From an uncultured Bdellovibrionales bacterium (GTDB lineage: Bacteria > Bdellovibrionota_C > UBA2361 > CAYQVO01), in NCBI GenBank assembly GCA_964421085.1, contig CAYQVO010000005.1, positions 54,930 to 118,929 of the forward strand: a stretch of DNA of 64,000 bases, written 5' to 3'. The notes beneath the pieces were generated by a model. That model was not told the origin of the DNA. It saw only the letters and a list, made by a program, of their open reading frames with translations, and ran no database searches. The translations under genes were made by a program, and so were the position numbers. Every line of letters starts with the position of its first letter. Position 1 is the stretch's first letter. Of this stretch, positions 1 to 8,589 are shown piece by piece.

Positions 1-824
1 TCAGGATAATCGTGGTTGGAGACTCTTTTGGTTTCGGATACGGCGGATGGTTCGACGATGCTTTTCCGAAACGGCTGGAACGCATCCTTCGTTACAACAA
101 CGCCTCTCGCAACGTGGAGGTTCTGAACTTCAGTATTCCCAGTTATTCGACACGCGATGAGACGAGGGTGGTTAAGAAAGCGATTGACGAATATCATGCG
201 GATCTTGTCATGCTCGAAATCACATTGAACGACGCCGAAATCATCCCCTTCGAGTTCAACACACCGGAGTTCAGAAGGCGGGTGCTGCCCGGGACGGCGA
301 GAGGCGGTATTTACGACTATTGGAAAAGCCTTCAGTTCCTCGTCAACCGCGTTCAGAAATCGAGATCGCGCCGGGGATATGTCCGGTATTTCAACGCGCT
401 GTTCACGAATCCCGATACACTTGGCGCATTTCAGGCGGGTATTGAGTCGATCGCGGCTCAGTGCAGCGCCGGGAAGGTTCCTGTCGCCGCAGTCGTCTTT
501 CCTCTTTTTTCATTCCCGTTCAATGAGGATTATCCCTTTGCCGAAGTCCACGGCAGGATCGCCTTCATCCTCGATGATAACGGGATACCGTATCTGGATC
601 TTCTGCCCGAGTTCGAAGGAATGAATCCTGAACGCCTCCAGGTCGAACCGGGAAAGGACCCCCATCCAAATGCGATTGCCCACCGTGTCGCTGCCGAGTC
701 TCTTTACAGGTGGCTCGTTAAAAAGCGTCTCATTCCCGCGGAGTTCATAGTGAGAAAAAAGGCCCGCGAACGACTCGGACCCCGGACGATGAATGAACGG
801 ATCCGCTGGGAGGATGATTTGTGA
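1..824 (+). CDS. SGNH/GDSL-family hydrolase (5' partial; the ORF continues upstream of the window)
   Basis: The N-terminus 'IIVVGDSFGFGYG' is a GDSL block-I motif. The C-terminal 'DPHPNAIAHRVAAESL' is a DxxH block-V-like motif. The stop overlaps the wzm start (ATGA). Confidence 0.6.
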   Translation, partial: RIIVVGDSFGFGYGGWFDDAFPKRLERILRYNNASRNVEVLNFSIPSYSTRDETRVVKKAIDEYHADLVMLEITLNDAEIIPFEFNTPEFRRRVLPGTARGGIYDYWKSLQFLVNRVQKSRSRRGYVRYFNALFTNPDTLGAFQAGIESIAAQCSAGKVPVAAVVFPLFSFPFNEDYPFAEVHGRIAFILDDNGIPYLDLLPEFEGMNPERLQVEPGKDPHPNAIAHRVAAESLYRWLVKKRLIPAEFIVRKKARERLGPRTMNERIRWEDDL

Positions 825-1606
825 TGAGCGGCAGACTTCGCGAATTGTGGGAATACAGGGAACTCTTCGGCTTTTTTTTCCGGCGGGATGTGATCGTGCG
901 TTATCGCCAGACGGTAGTCGGTATCGGATGGGTGCTTCTTCGTCCGACGCTCACCATGCTGATATTCACGGCTGTTTTCGGCCGTCTCGCGGGGCTCTCG
1001 TCTCACGGCATTCCGTATTCTCTTTTCGTGCTTTGCGGTATTGTGCCATGGCAGCTCTTCGCTTCAATAATTACCAGCTGCAGCCATGCTCTCGTGGCGA
1101 ATTCAAATCTTGTCCTGCATGTGTACTTCCCCCGGATACTGATTCCGTTGAACACCTCGGCCGTTAATGTAGTGGATTTCGTAATTTCTCTCGGTCTTCT
1201 CGCTCTTCTTATGTCGGTGTATTCGCAGCCGCCGTCGCTGCGGATCCTGTTTCTGCCCCTGATTGCGGCTCATACATTCACGCTGGCTTTCGCATGCGGT
1301 CTCTGGCTTTGCGCGTTGACAGCCAGGTTCCGTGATTTTCGCTTTATCGTTCCTTTTTTCATGCAGGTAGGACTTCTGATCTCTCCTGTTGCGTACGGAA
1401 CGGAAATTGTTCCCGATAAATGGCGGCTCTTGTTTTCGCTGAACCCCGTGGTCGGCGTCATTGATGCCTTCAGGTGGGCGGTCTTTCCCGGAGTCTCCGG
1501 AAACCCTGTGTCATATTTCTGTTCTATTCTGGGTACTGCCATCATTCTCGCGACAGGTGTGCGTTATTTTGTGAGGTTTGAACGGGAGCTTGCAGACATT
1601 GTTTGA
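821..1606 (+). CDS. ABC-2 type polysaccharide/O-antigen export permease (Wzm/TagG/KpsM-like)
   Basis: 261 aa with 6 predicted TM helices. The N-terminal 'LWEYRELFGFFFRRDVIVRYRQTVVGIGWVLLRPTLTMLIF' is typical of ABC-2 exporter permeases. It lies directly upstream of the Wzt-like ATPase. Confidence 0.75.
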   Translation: MMSGRLRELWEYRELFGFFFRRDVIVRYRQTVVGIGWVLLRPTLTMLIFTAVFGRLAGLSSHGIPYSLFVLCGIVPWQLFASIITSCSHALVANSNLVLHVYFPRILIPLNTSAVNVVDFVISLGLLALLMSVYSQPPSLRILFLPLIAAHTFTLAFACGLWLCALTARFRDFRFIVPFFMQVGLLISPVAYGTEIVPDKWRLLFSLNPVVGVIDAFRWAVFPGVSGNPVSYFCSILGTAIILATGVRYFVRFERELADIV

Positions 1607-1622
1607 TGGATACTTTTGAAGA

Positions 1623-2882
1623 ATGATTATTGAGGTTGAAAATCTCTCGAAGAAGTACGTCATTCCGCGTTCCGGCCGGCGAACCTATTCTCTGTTCCGT
1701 GAGGAATTTGCGAGGTGGATCCGGCGATCCTGCGGATGGATCGTTCGTCCTTTTGCAGGATGGAAGCAGGAGTCTTCTTATCAGGAGTTCTGGGCGTTGA
1801 AAAACGTCACGTTTTCCGTAGAAAGGGGGGAGGTTGTCGGCATTATAGGAAGAAACGGCGCCGGGAAGTCGACTCTTCTCAAGATATTGAGCCGTATCAC
1901 ATACCCCACGCAGGGTGCATGTGTCGTGAGAGGCCGGGCCGGAAGCCTTCTTCAAATAGGGACCGGCTTCCACCCTGAATTGACGGGCATGGAAAATATT
2001 TTTCTCAACGGAGCAATACTTGGAATGCGCAGGAGAGAGGTCCGCGCGAAACTGGATGAGATAATAGACTTCTCCGGTGTCGAGCAGTTCCTCGAAATGC
2101 CGATAAAGAAGTATTCGACAGGCATGCACCAAAGGCTCGCATTCGCCGTTGCTGCCCACTTCGAGCCCGAGATCCTGCTGCTTGATGAAACTCTCGCTGT
2201 CGGAGACGTGGAATTCCAGAAGAAATGCCGCGAGAAGATGCAGGAAATCTCTTCTCAGGAAGGAAAGACTATTATCGTTGTCAGCCATCAGCTTCCGCTT
2301 CTTCAGAGCGTTTGCGGGCGTTGTCTCCTTCTTGAAAACGGCAGCATTGTCGCTGACGGCGCTCCTGAAGAGATTGTCCGCGAATATTTGAGCCGTAACG
2401 TGTCAATGAGTATGCCGCTTCTTGATCGAACAGACAGGAAGGGAGACGGTTCTGTGATTTTTTCAGCTTTCACAGTGGAAAGGGAAAACGCGATTGTCGG
2501 GGGTGTCCGCACGGGAGAAGATAGTGTTTTGAGGTTCCGGTTCATAAACAGGACCTCCGGACCTCTCAGGAATCTGAAGTTTGTTGTGCAGATTCTGAGC
2601 CGAAGTGGACAGTCTATCGCCGTTCTGAGCAATGAACTGACAGGGAACCGAGTCGAAAGTTTCGAGGGGGGAGAGGGGGAATTCAGAATCCTTCTGCCGC
2701 GGTTTCCGCTTGCTCCGGATGCATATACCATTGATCTTCAGGCGTTCCAGAACGGGATCCTTGCCGATCAGCTTCGAAATGCGGGGTCTCTTGTCGTCAC
2801 TCCGGGTGAGTACTATCACGCAGGTGTCCTGCCGCAGCCCGGACGGGCGATGGTGATGATCGATCACAGATTTGAGATGTAG
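1623..2882 (+). CDS. ABC transporter ATP-binding protein, Wzt/TagH-like with a C-terminal extra domain
   Basis: Walker A 'GRNGAGKST', signature 'YSTGMHQRLAFAVA' and Walker B 'ILLLDE' are present. About 170 aa of C-terminal extension resembles the substrate-recognition domain found in Wzt. Confidence 0.8.
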   Translation: MIIEVENLSKKYVIPRSGRRTYSLFREEFARWIRRSCGWIVRPFAGWKQESSYQEFWALKNVTFSVERGEVVGIIGRNGAGKSTLLKILSRITYPTQGACVVRGRAGSLLQIGTGFHPELTGMENIFLNGAILGMRRREVRAKLDEIIDFSGVEQFLEMPIKKYSTGMHQRLAFAVAAHFEPEILLLDETLAVGDVEFQKKCREKMQEISSQEGKTIIVVSHQLPLLQSVCGRCLLLENGSIVADGAPEEIVREYLSRNVSMSMPLLDRTDRKGDGSVIFSAFTVERENAIVGGVRTGEDSVLRFRFINRTSGPLRNLKFVVQILSRSGQSIAVLSNELTGNRVESFEGGEGEFRILLPRFPLAPDAYTIDLQAFQNGILADQLRNAGSLVVTPGEYYHAGVLPQPGRAMVMIDHRFEM

Positions 2883-2911
2883 TTCACAGCGCGAAAAAGT
2901 GGAGGAAGAGC

Positions 2912-3835
2912 ATGCAGCACCTTATTTCCTGGAATGACTGGAGCGACGATAAGATTCAGGATCTTCTTGATTTCGCAGTTTTCATGAAGACCCACCGTTA
3001 CTGTTACAATGGAGCGATGCAGGGGCGCTCCATCGCCACCCTGTTCCAGAAAACCTCGACAAGAACACGGGTGTCCTTCGAAGCTGCAATGACTGAAATG
3101 AGCGGGCACGCCATTTATATAGACTGGCGGTCGTCCAACTTCGAACTGACCGAATATGAATTTGAAAGCCGTTATCTTTCGAGAAATGTGGCGCTGATCG
3201 TCGCAAGACTGAAAAAGCACGAAGACCTTCTCCGCATCCTGAACGGTGCATCGGTTCCTGTCGTCAACGGGTGCTGCAACCTGTACCATCCGTGTCAATC
3301 GCTTGCGGATCTTCTCACTATCAGGATGGACAGAGGCAGTCTCGATGGAGCGGTGCTCTGTTATGTCGGAGTTCACAATAATGTCGCGAACTCTCTGGTG
3401 GAGATATGCGCCGCCTGCAATGTTCACCTCGTCCTCGTCACGCCCATCGCAGATGAAGAGACTGTCAGCAGGGCGGCAGTTGAACGTGCGACCGCGAAGG
3501 GAATCCTTTCATGGGAGACGGACCTTGCGACCGCCATCCGCAACAGCGACTACGTCTACACTGATACCTGGGTGGATATGGAGTTCTTTGACGATCCTGC
3601 GTACGCTGCCCGGAAAAAAGCCCGCATCGAGAAGATGATGCCATATCAGCTTACGAGGGCGATCTTCAAAGATACAAAAGCGAAAGTGATGCACGATATG
3701 CCGATACATGCGGGATATGAGATCGAGTATGATCTGGTCACAAGCGATCGCTCCATTATTTTCGAACAGGCGGAGAACAGGCTTGACGCACAGAAGGCTG
3801 TAATAGTGCAGCTTCTGGACAGGGTGGATGTGTAG
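2912..3835 (+). CDS. aspartate/ornithine carbamoyltransferase-fold protein (OTCase-like transcarbamylase of unknown substrate)
   Basis: The carbamoyl-phosphate motifs 'STRTR' and 'HPCQ' (HPxQ) are present. The OTCase second-substrate motifs are altered: 'DTWVDME' replaces DxWxSMG and 'HDMP' replaces HCLP. Confidence 0.7.
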   Translation: MQHLISWNDWSDDKIQDLLDFAVFMKTHRYCYNGAMQGRSIATLFQKTSTRTRVSFEAAMTEMSGHAIYIDWRSSNFELTEYEFESRYLSRNVALIVARLKKHEDLLRILNGASVPVVNGCCNLYHPCQSLADLLTIRMDRGSLDGAVLCYVGVHNNVANSLVEICAACNVHLVLVTPIADEETVSRAAVERATAKGILSWETDLATAIRNSDYVYTDTWVDMEFFDDPAYAARKKARIEKMMPYQLTRAIFKDTKAKVMHDMPIHAGYEIEYDLVTSDRSIIFEQAENRLDAQKAVIVQLLDRVDV

Positions 3836-3849
3836 GATCCGACACGGGT

Positions 3850-3868
3850 TTGGCGGTTTTTCCGCCAA
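3850..3868. terminator. small GC hairpin (ttggcgg-ttttt-ccgccaa) between convergent genes; possible bidirectional terminator
   Basis: Inverted repeat read from the sequence between the transcarbamylase stop and the EBP stop. Confidence 0.35.
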
Positions 3869-3872
3869 TTCG

Positions 3873-5414
3873 TCATTGAGAGGGCGCCCGCCCCTTCATC
3901 ACATACCTCTTCACCGTCCTTCGATCCAGTCCCAGCCTGCGGCCCGTTTCTTCGTAATTCATGCACGAGGAGTATACCATCTCGCAGTAGCGTGCGGTCA
4001 GTTCCTCTGCTGTCAGTTCGCCTTTCCGCATCAGGGCTGCAATCCCCCCGGCGTCATCCGCCGCCCTCCTTCCTTCGCCCTGGGGAGAATATGAACCATG
4101 TATGACGATATTCCGTATGCAGCGATCAAGCTCGCGCACATTTCCCGGCCATGAATAGGAGGCAGGAAGATTTTTTCGAATCCACGTCACGCACTGATTC
4201 CTCAGCTCGTCGTCTGCCTGCCCCCGGAGCCATCTTTTGAGAAGGTACGTGACTAGAATGGGTAATTCATCGGCCCGGTTCCGGAGCCTCTCCTCGAGCG
4301 ATGGTGCTTCAACAGAATCGGCGCACAGCCTGTAGTACAGATCCTCCCGGAAGCGTCCCTTCGCCATTTCGACGTCGAGATTCCGGTTCGTAGCAGCGAT
4401 AATTTTTCCGCGAAAAGCGATGCTCTTGCCGTCTCCAAGACGCTCGAACCTCCTCGATTCGAGAACTCTCAGAAGCTTCACCTGTATCGACGGATCTATG
4501 TCGCCAATCTCGTCGAGAAATACGGTGCCCCACGGTCCGCACTGTTCGAGCCATCCAACCCTGTCGTTGAGTGCTCCCGTAAAGGCGCCCTTCCTGTGCC
4601 CGAAAAGTTCGGACTCGATGAGTGACGGCGAGAATGCCGAAAGATTGAGAGGATAGAACGACCTCATGAAGTCGTCCTTGAAGCGGCGGGTCTGAATATC
4701 GAACGGAATATACCGTGAGAAACTGATTGCCCGGGCGACGAGCTCTTTGCCTGTCCCTGACGGACCCGATATCAATGTCGTGATGTCTCCCATAAAGTCA
4801 TAAAGAAGGGAGCTGTGTTCGAGCATGTCGCGTGTGAATATCGACTCCCACACGCGGGCCCGAAGCTTTGCGGCCGGAGCTGATTGTCCAACTATGAAAT
4901 AAAAGATGGTGCTGAAAGCTCTTGCGACCTGGAATGCGAGCGAGAAAAGGTGCGCGTGTGTGAATGGCGAAACAAGTGTGAGCACCCCGAGCGAACAGTA
5001 ATCGTCGACATCTTTCCTGAAGCCTTCGAAGAAGGGCAGCGAATAAAGTTCCTTCCCGCCGTCCATCCTTTCCTGAATTGCCTCTGTACAGGCGGGGAGA
5101 TAGCGGTGATATACGAAGAAAAATACCATTGATCGGCAGAGTGCGCTTTCGCGATCGTCCAGTCCGGCGCGGTTTGTCTGCAGACGTCTCCCGACGGACT
5201 CGAGCAGCCGTTTGATGTGATCAAGGATGCGATTGGTGTTTCGAAGGGCTTCGACAGCCAGCGGATCAAGATTCCAGTCCGTTGGTTCGGGCCTGTACTC
5301 ACTGCCAAGCGCTTTCTTTTCGAGGTCTATCCGCTCAGGCAGAAACGGGTTAATCCTTATCAGTTCCTCGATACGCTCCGCAAAGGCCCGCTCTCCATCA
5401 CTCAAAATAGTCAT
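3873..5414 (-). CDS. sigma-54-dependent transcriptional activator (bacterial enhancer-binding protein) with an uncharacterised N-terminal domain
   Basis: The AAA+ sigma-54 interaction domain is clear ('ISGPSGTGKELVARAI', 'GAFTGA', 'VFLDEIGDI'), and there is a C-terminal HTH. The start is set at the 'MTILSDGER' Met (5414) because the longer ORF would read through a (TA)n repeat and a sigma-54 promoter. There is no receiver domain. Confidence 0.75.
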   Translation of the reverse strand: MTILSDGERAFAERIEELIRINPFLPERIDLEKKALGSEYRPEPTDWNLDPLAVEALRNTNRILDHIKRLLESVGRRLQTNRAGLDDRESALCRSMVFFFVYHRYLPACTEAIQERMDGGKELYSLPFFEGFRKDVDDYCSLGVLTLVSPFTHAHLFSLAFQVARAFSTIFYFIVGQSAPAAKLRARVWESIFTRDMLEHSSLLYDFMGDITTLISGPSGTGKELVARAISFSRYIPFDIQTRRFKDDFMRSFYPLNLSAFSPSLIESELFGHRKGAFTGALNDRVGWLEQCGPWGTVFLDEIGDIDPSIQVKLLRVLESRRFERLGDGKSIAFRGKIIAATNRNLDVEMAKGRFREDLYYRLCADSVEAPSLEERLRNRADELPILVTYLLKRWLRGQADDELRNQCVTWIRKNLPASYSWPGNVRELDRCIRNIVIHGSYSPQGEGRRAADDAGGIAALMRKGELTAEELTARYCEMVYSSCMNYEETGRRLGLDRRTVKRYVMKGRAPSQ

Positions 5415-5426
5415 ACATTTAATGTA

Positions 5427-5442
5427 TGGCATGCATACAGCA
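5427..5442 (+). promoter_or_regulatory. candidate sigma-54 promoter (TGGCAT-N5-CAGCA, GG-N10-GC spacing) reading toward the VIT/VWA gene
   Basis: 'tggcatgcatacagca' lies about 170 nt upstream of the 5610 start, in the divergent intergenic region next to the EBP gene. Confidence 0.45.
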
Positions 5443-5446
5443 TTGG

Positions 5447-5460
5447 TATATATATATATT
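5447..5460. repeat. (TA)6-7 dinucleotide repeat with adjacent palindrome catacatt/aatgtatg in the divergent promoter region
   Basis: 'ggtatatatatatatttcc' and 'tcatacatttaatgtatgg' read directly; coordinates approximate. Confidence 0.5.
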
Positions 5461-5609
5461 TCCACATCGTGTCTGAGACCATGTAATCCCACGTATTTCC
5501 ACGGGATTTTGCGGCCCGCGTTGCGGCACGGCAGTTGCGAATGAGAAGACATGGGCAGCTCGTTCACATGGGGTGGGAGCGCCCGAAGAAATCAGCAGTG
5601 GAGGAAGAA

Positions 5610-7664
5610 ATGAAAATCCTGCCCGTTTCAATGAACCGGAACTTCACGCTCAAAGGGTTCAAAAAAGTCCTTGTGGCGTCGTTTTTTACACTTGGGCTTT
5701 ACCTGGCCCCCTGTGACGCGGAGGCCGCAGGGATTCTGACAGTCAACGGATCGCCGGGCGCCCCAATCCAGATAAAGGACCATCACCTGAATCTTGTGAT
5801 CGACAACGGGTTTGCGCAGGTGGAGGCTGTGCAGACATTCTTCAATCCAAACGGACAGGATCTCGAAGCAGTGTACTCGTTTCCAGTTCCTGAGAGTGCG
5901 TCGCTCTCTGAGTTCACAATCTATGCGGGTGAAAAAGAGATCAATGGAGAGGTTGTCGAGCGCAACAAGGCAAACGAGGTATATGAAAATGAACGGCAGC
6001 AGGGTAACGATGCCGGCGTGGCAGACAAAAACAACTATCAGAACTTCGAGTTCAAGGTGGCGAAGATCCCTGCAAACGCGCAGACGAGAATCCGCTTTCT
6101 TTACTATCAGCCGTTGAAGCTCGACACTGGTGTGGGCCGCTTTGTCTATCCGCTCGAAGAGGGCGGCACTGACGAGGTGGCTAAGTCTTTCTGGACGGTG
6201 AATTCGAGGGTGGAGAACAGCTTCTCCGCAGATGTCCGGCTTCGCATCGCATACCCTGTCGACGAAGTCAGACTTCCCGGCTTCGAGCAGGCCGCAAAGA
6301 TAGACAGACTCGGCGAGGGCGAGTATCACATTACGCTCGATACCACCGGCGTATCTCTGAACAGAGATCTCGTCGTCTATTACCGCCTTGCTCAGAACCT
6401 TCCCGGAAGGCTCGAGCTTCTGCCCTGCAGGCCCGACAAAGACAAGCCCGGCACATTCATGGCGGTCCTCACTCCAGGCATCGATCTCAAGCCTGTAGCC
6501 CAGGGCGCTGATTACACATTCGTGCTCGATCGCTCGGGCAGCATGATGGACAAGATAGCAACGCTTGCTGACGGAGTTGAGCGCGCGATAGGCGAGCTGA
6601 GGCCTCAGGACCGTTTCAGGATCGTGGAATTCAACCACGAGGCGCGCATGTTCACACCAGGCTGGATTGCCGCAACACCTGAATCAGTCCGCGAGTGGAG
6701 CGGGAAGCTCGCCTCCCTTACGGCTGATGGAAGCACCAACCTGTACGACGCAATGAGCATGGGAATGAAAGACCTGAACCCGGATCGTGTGAGCAGCGTC
6801 ATACTGGTGACGGATGGCGTGACCAATACAGGCGTTCTCGGCCCTCAGGAGTTTGCAAAACTCATGAAGAGTGTCGATGTGCGCGTATTCGGTTTTCTCA
6901 TGGGCAACTCCTCCAACTGGCCTCTCATGAGGATTATTTCCGAGGAAAGCGGGGGCTTTTATTCATCGGTGTCGAATTCGGACGACATCATGGGCCGGCT
7001 GCTTCTTGCGAAAAGCAAGATAACATCGGAAGCCCTTCACGATGCAAAGCTCACCGTGAGCGGGGTAAAAGTCTTCGATGGCACTGATAAAAAAATCGGG
7101 AAGATTTACCGCGGACAGCAGCTTGTTCTCTTCGGCCGGTACGAGAAATCAGGCTCTGCAACGGTATCGTTGAAGGCGAAACTCAGCGGGGAAGATAAGA
7201 TCTACACAACGACCTTCGACTTCCCGGAAACTGCCGCCGCATATCCTGAAATCGAAAGACTTTGGGCTATGAACCGGATAGAGCAGATTGAGCATGCGCA
7301 GAAACTTGGGCTTGCCGAAGATGAGGCTTCAGAGAGCATAAAAAGTCTCGGTCTTGCATATCAGCTTGTCACCGACGAAACTTCGATGCTTGTGCTCTCG
7401 GACGAAAGCTTTCAGAAGTATGGCATCTCCAGAGACAACAAGCAGCGCATTTCAGTCGAGCACCAGGCACAGTCCGCAAGATTGAGTGCACCCGTTCAGA
7501 GCGTAAGAGTGGATTCGGCCGCTCCCATGTTCACTTCCAGCGCGGGCCATATCCTTGACGGTGTCGGCGGAAGCGGCGGGGGAGCGATTGATCCTGTCAC
7601 TGCAATTCTGCTCCTCTTCGGCGCAGGAACGACAGCGATAAGAATAAGGAGGAATAAGCATTAA
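5610..7664 (+). CDS. secreted VIT + von Willebrand factor A domain protein with a C-terminal GlyGly-CTERM sorting signal
   Basis: Signal peptide 'MKILPVSMNR...LAPCDAEAAG'. VWA MIDAS motif 'FVLDRSGSM'. The C-terminus 'GGSGGGAIDPVTAILLLFGAGTTAIRIRRNKH' is a Gly-rich stretch, then a TM helix, then a basic tail. The start was chosen at the Met after the RBS 'gaggaag'. Confidence 0.7.
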   Translation: MKILPVSMNRNFTLKGFKKVLVASFFTLGLYLAPCDAEAAGILTVNGSPGAPIQIKDHHLNLVIDNGFAQVEAVQTFFNPNGQDLEAVYSFPVPESASLSEFTIYAGEKEINGEVVERNKANEVYENERQQGNDAGVADKNNYQNFEFKVAKIPANAQTRIRFLYYQPLKLDTGVGRFVYPLEEGGTDEVAKSFWTVNSRVENSFSADVRLRIAYPVDEVRLPGFEQAAKIDRLGEGEYHITLDTTGVSLNRDLVVYYRLAQNLPGRLELLPCRPDKDKPGTFMAVLTPGIDLKPVAQGADYTFVLDRSGSMMDKIATLADGVERAIGELRPQDRFRIVEFNHEARMFTPGWIAATPESVREWSGKLASLTADGSTNLYDAMSMGMKDLNPDRVSSVILVTDGVTNTGVLGPQEFAKLMKSVDVRVFGFLMGNSSNWPLMRIISEESGGFYSSVSNSDDIMGRLLLAKSKITSEALHDAKLTVSGVKVFDGTDKKIGKIYRGQQLVLFGRYEKSGSATVSLKAKLSGEDKIYTTTFDFPETAAAYPEIERLWAMNRIEQIEHAQKLGLAEDEASESIKSLGLAYQLVTDETSMLVLSDESFQKYGISRDNKQRISVEHQAQSARLSAPVQSVRVDSAAPMFTSSAGHILDGVGGSGGGAIDPVTAILLLFGAGTTAIRIRRNKH

Positions 7665-7677
7665 GAAACCGGATGTC

Positions 7678-7708
7678 CGCCCGCCCGAAAGGGCGGGCGT
7701 ATATTCTC
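7678..7708 (+). terminator. rho-independent terminator-like hairpin (9-bp GC stem cgcccgccc/gggcgggcg, GAAA loop) followed by a T-rich tract
   Basis: Read directly from the sequence after the VIT/VWA stop. Confidence 0.6.
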
Positions 7709-7722
7709 AAAGAGGTGATGAT

Positions 7723-8373
7723 ATGAAAAAGTTCGAAGTTCCTTCCGTGACAATGGCAGCCCTGACCCTGGCCTTCCTGCTCATGCTTATCCCGCATGTG
7801 CAGATTCCTCTCACACTCTCGACAGATTCTCCGGCCATTATTCCCGTGTTTCTGAGCCATTTTGCCCACTGGTCATGGAATCATTTCACATGGGACGCGA
7901 TTGCCTTCGCGGCTCTTTGCTGGCTGTATGAAAGCGGAAACTGGCGGTCCTTTCCCGGGCTTTCTTCCCGGAAAAAAGCTGTGGCAATTTCCGCCGGAAA
8001 ACTCGGGTTTTCCATCATTTTCTGCGCCGGTTTCATTTCAATCATCGTCTGCGCTTTTCCACTCGGAGTCCTTCATTACCGCGGACTCTCAGGGCTCTGC
8101 ACCGCAGTTTACGGCCTGATTCTCTTTACTGCTCTGTCAGAGGCCCTGACCTCACGTGACAAAGCGGCGGGCGTTGCGTGCCTCGGCTGTCTCGCTTTAT
8201 TCCTTGCAAAGCTTGCTTACGAATTTATCTGCAATGCCGCCCTCTTCGTCGATACTGAGGGATTCATGGTTGTGCCGGCGGCTCATTTCGCCGGAATTTC
8301 GGCCGCAGGGCTGGTTGCCTCAGTGTCCTTCGTCAGGGAGCAGGCCGGTGCAGCTGCTGCGCCGGTTCGCTGA
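7723..8373 (+). CDS. rhomboid-family intramembrane serine protease, rhombosortase-like
   Basis: 216 aa and polytopic. It has a rhomboid TM2-like 'HWSWNHFTWD', a GxSG catalytic motif 'GLSGLCTAVYG' and the TM6 His motif 'AAHFAGISAAG'. It sits immediately downstream of a GlyGly-CTERM protein. Confidence 0.65.
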   Translation: MKKFEVPSVTMAALTLAFLLMLIPHVQIPLTLSTDSPAIIPVFLSHFAHWSWNHFTWDAIAFAALCWLYESGNWRSFPGLSSRKKAVAISAGKLGFSIIFCAGFISIIVCAFPLGVLHYRGLSGLCTAVYGLILFTALSEALTSRDKAAGVACLGCLALFLAKLAYEFICNAALFVDTEGFMVVPAAHFAGISAAGLVASVSFVREQAGAAAAPVR

Positions 8374-8397
8374 ATTTCAACTTCCACTTTGCTGCCT

Positions 8398-8589
8398 TTA
8401 ATTGACTCCGCCGTCTCTGAACTCGATAAACAAATCAGTTAAGTCGCCATATTCGCCGCTGGTAATCGCTCTCGATACGGCGGAAACGCAGCGGTTATAA
8501 GCTTCAATGGGAACAATGACCTGCGGCAGGCCCGCTCTCTTGAGGCAGGAATTTATCAGCACACGCCCCGTCCTTCCGTTCCCATCCAT
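8398..8589 (-). pseudogene. Fic/Doc-family remnant (C-terminal fragment; motif degenerated to LPTMDGNGRTGR)
   Basis: 'DGNGRTGRVLINSCLKRAGLP' matches the Fic core HPFx(D/E)GNGRxxR downstream half. The upstream frame reads 'ILPTM' (no His) and hits a stop about 30 codons further up. Confidence 0.45.

Noticed and set aside
3873-5567. The full-length 564-aa version of the EBP ORF starting at 5567
   Set aside because: The first 45-50 codons would be translated through a (TA)n repeat and the sigma-54 promoter element ('VEIYIYTNAVC'). An internal Met at 5414 (or 5432) is more plausible.
5628-6638. 336-aa minus-strand ORF
   Set aside because: Antisense to the VIT/VWA gene, which has a MIDAS motif, signal peptide and sorting tail. 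No motifs of its own.
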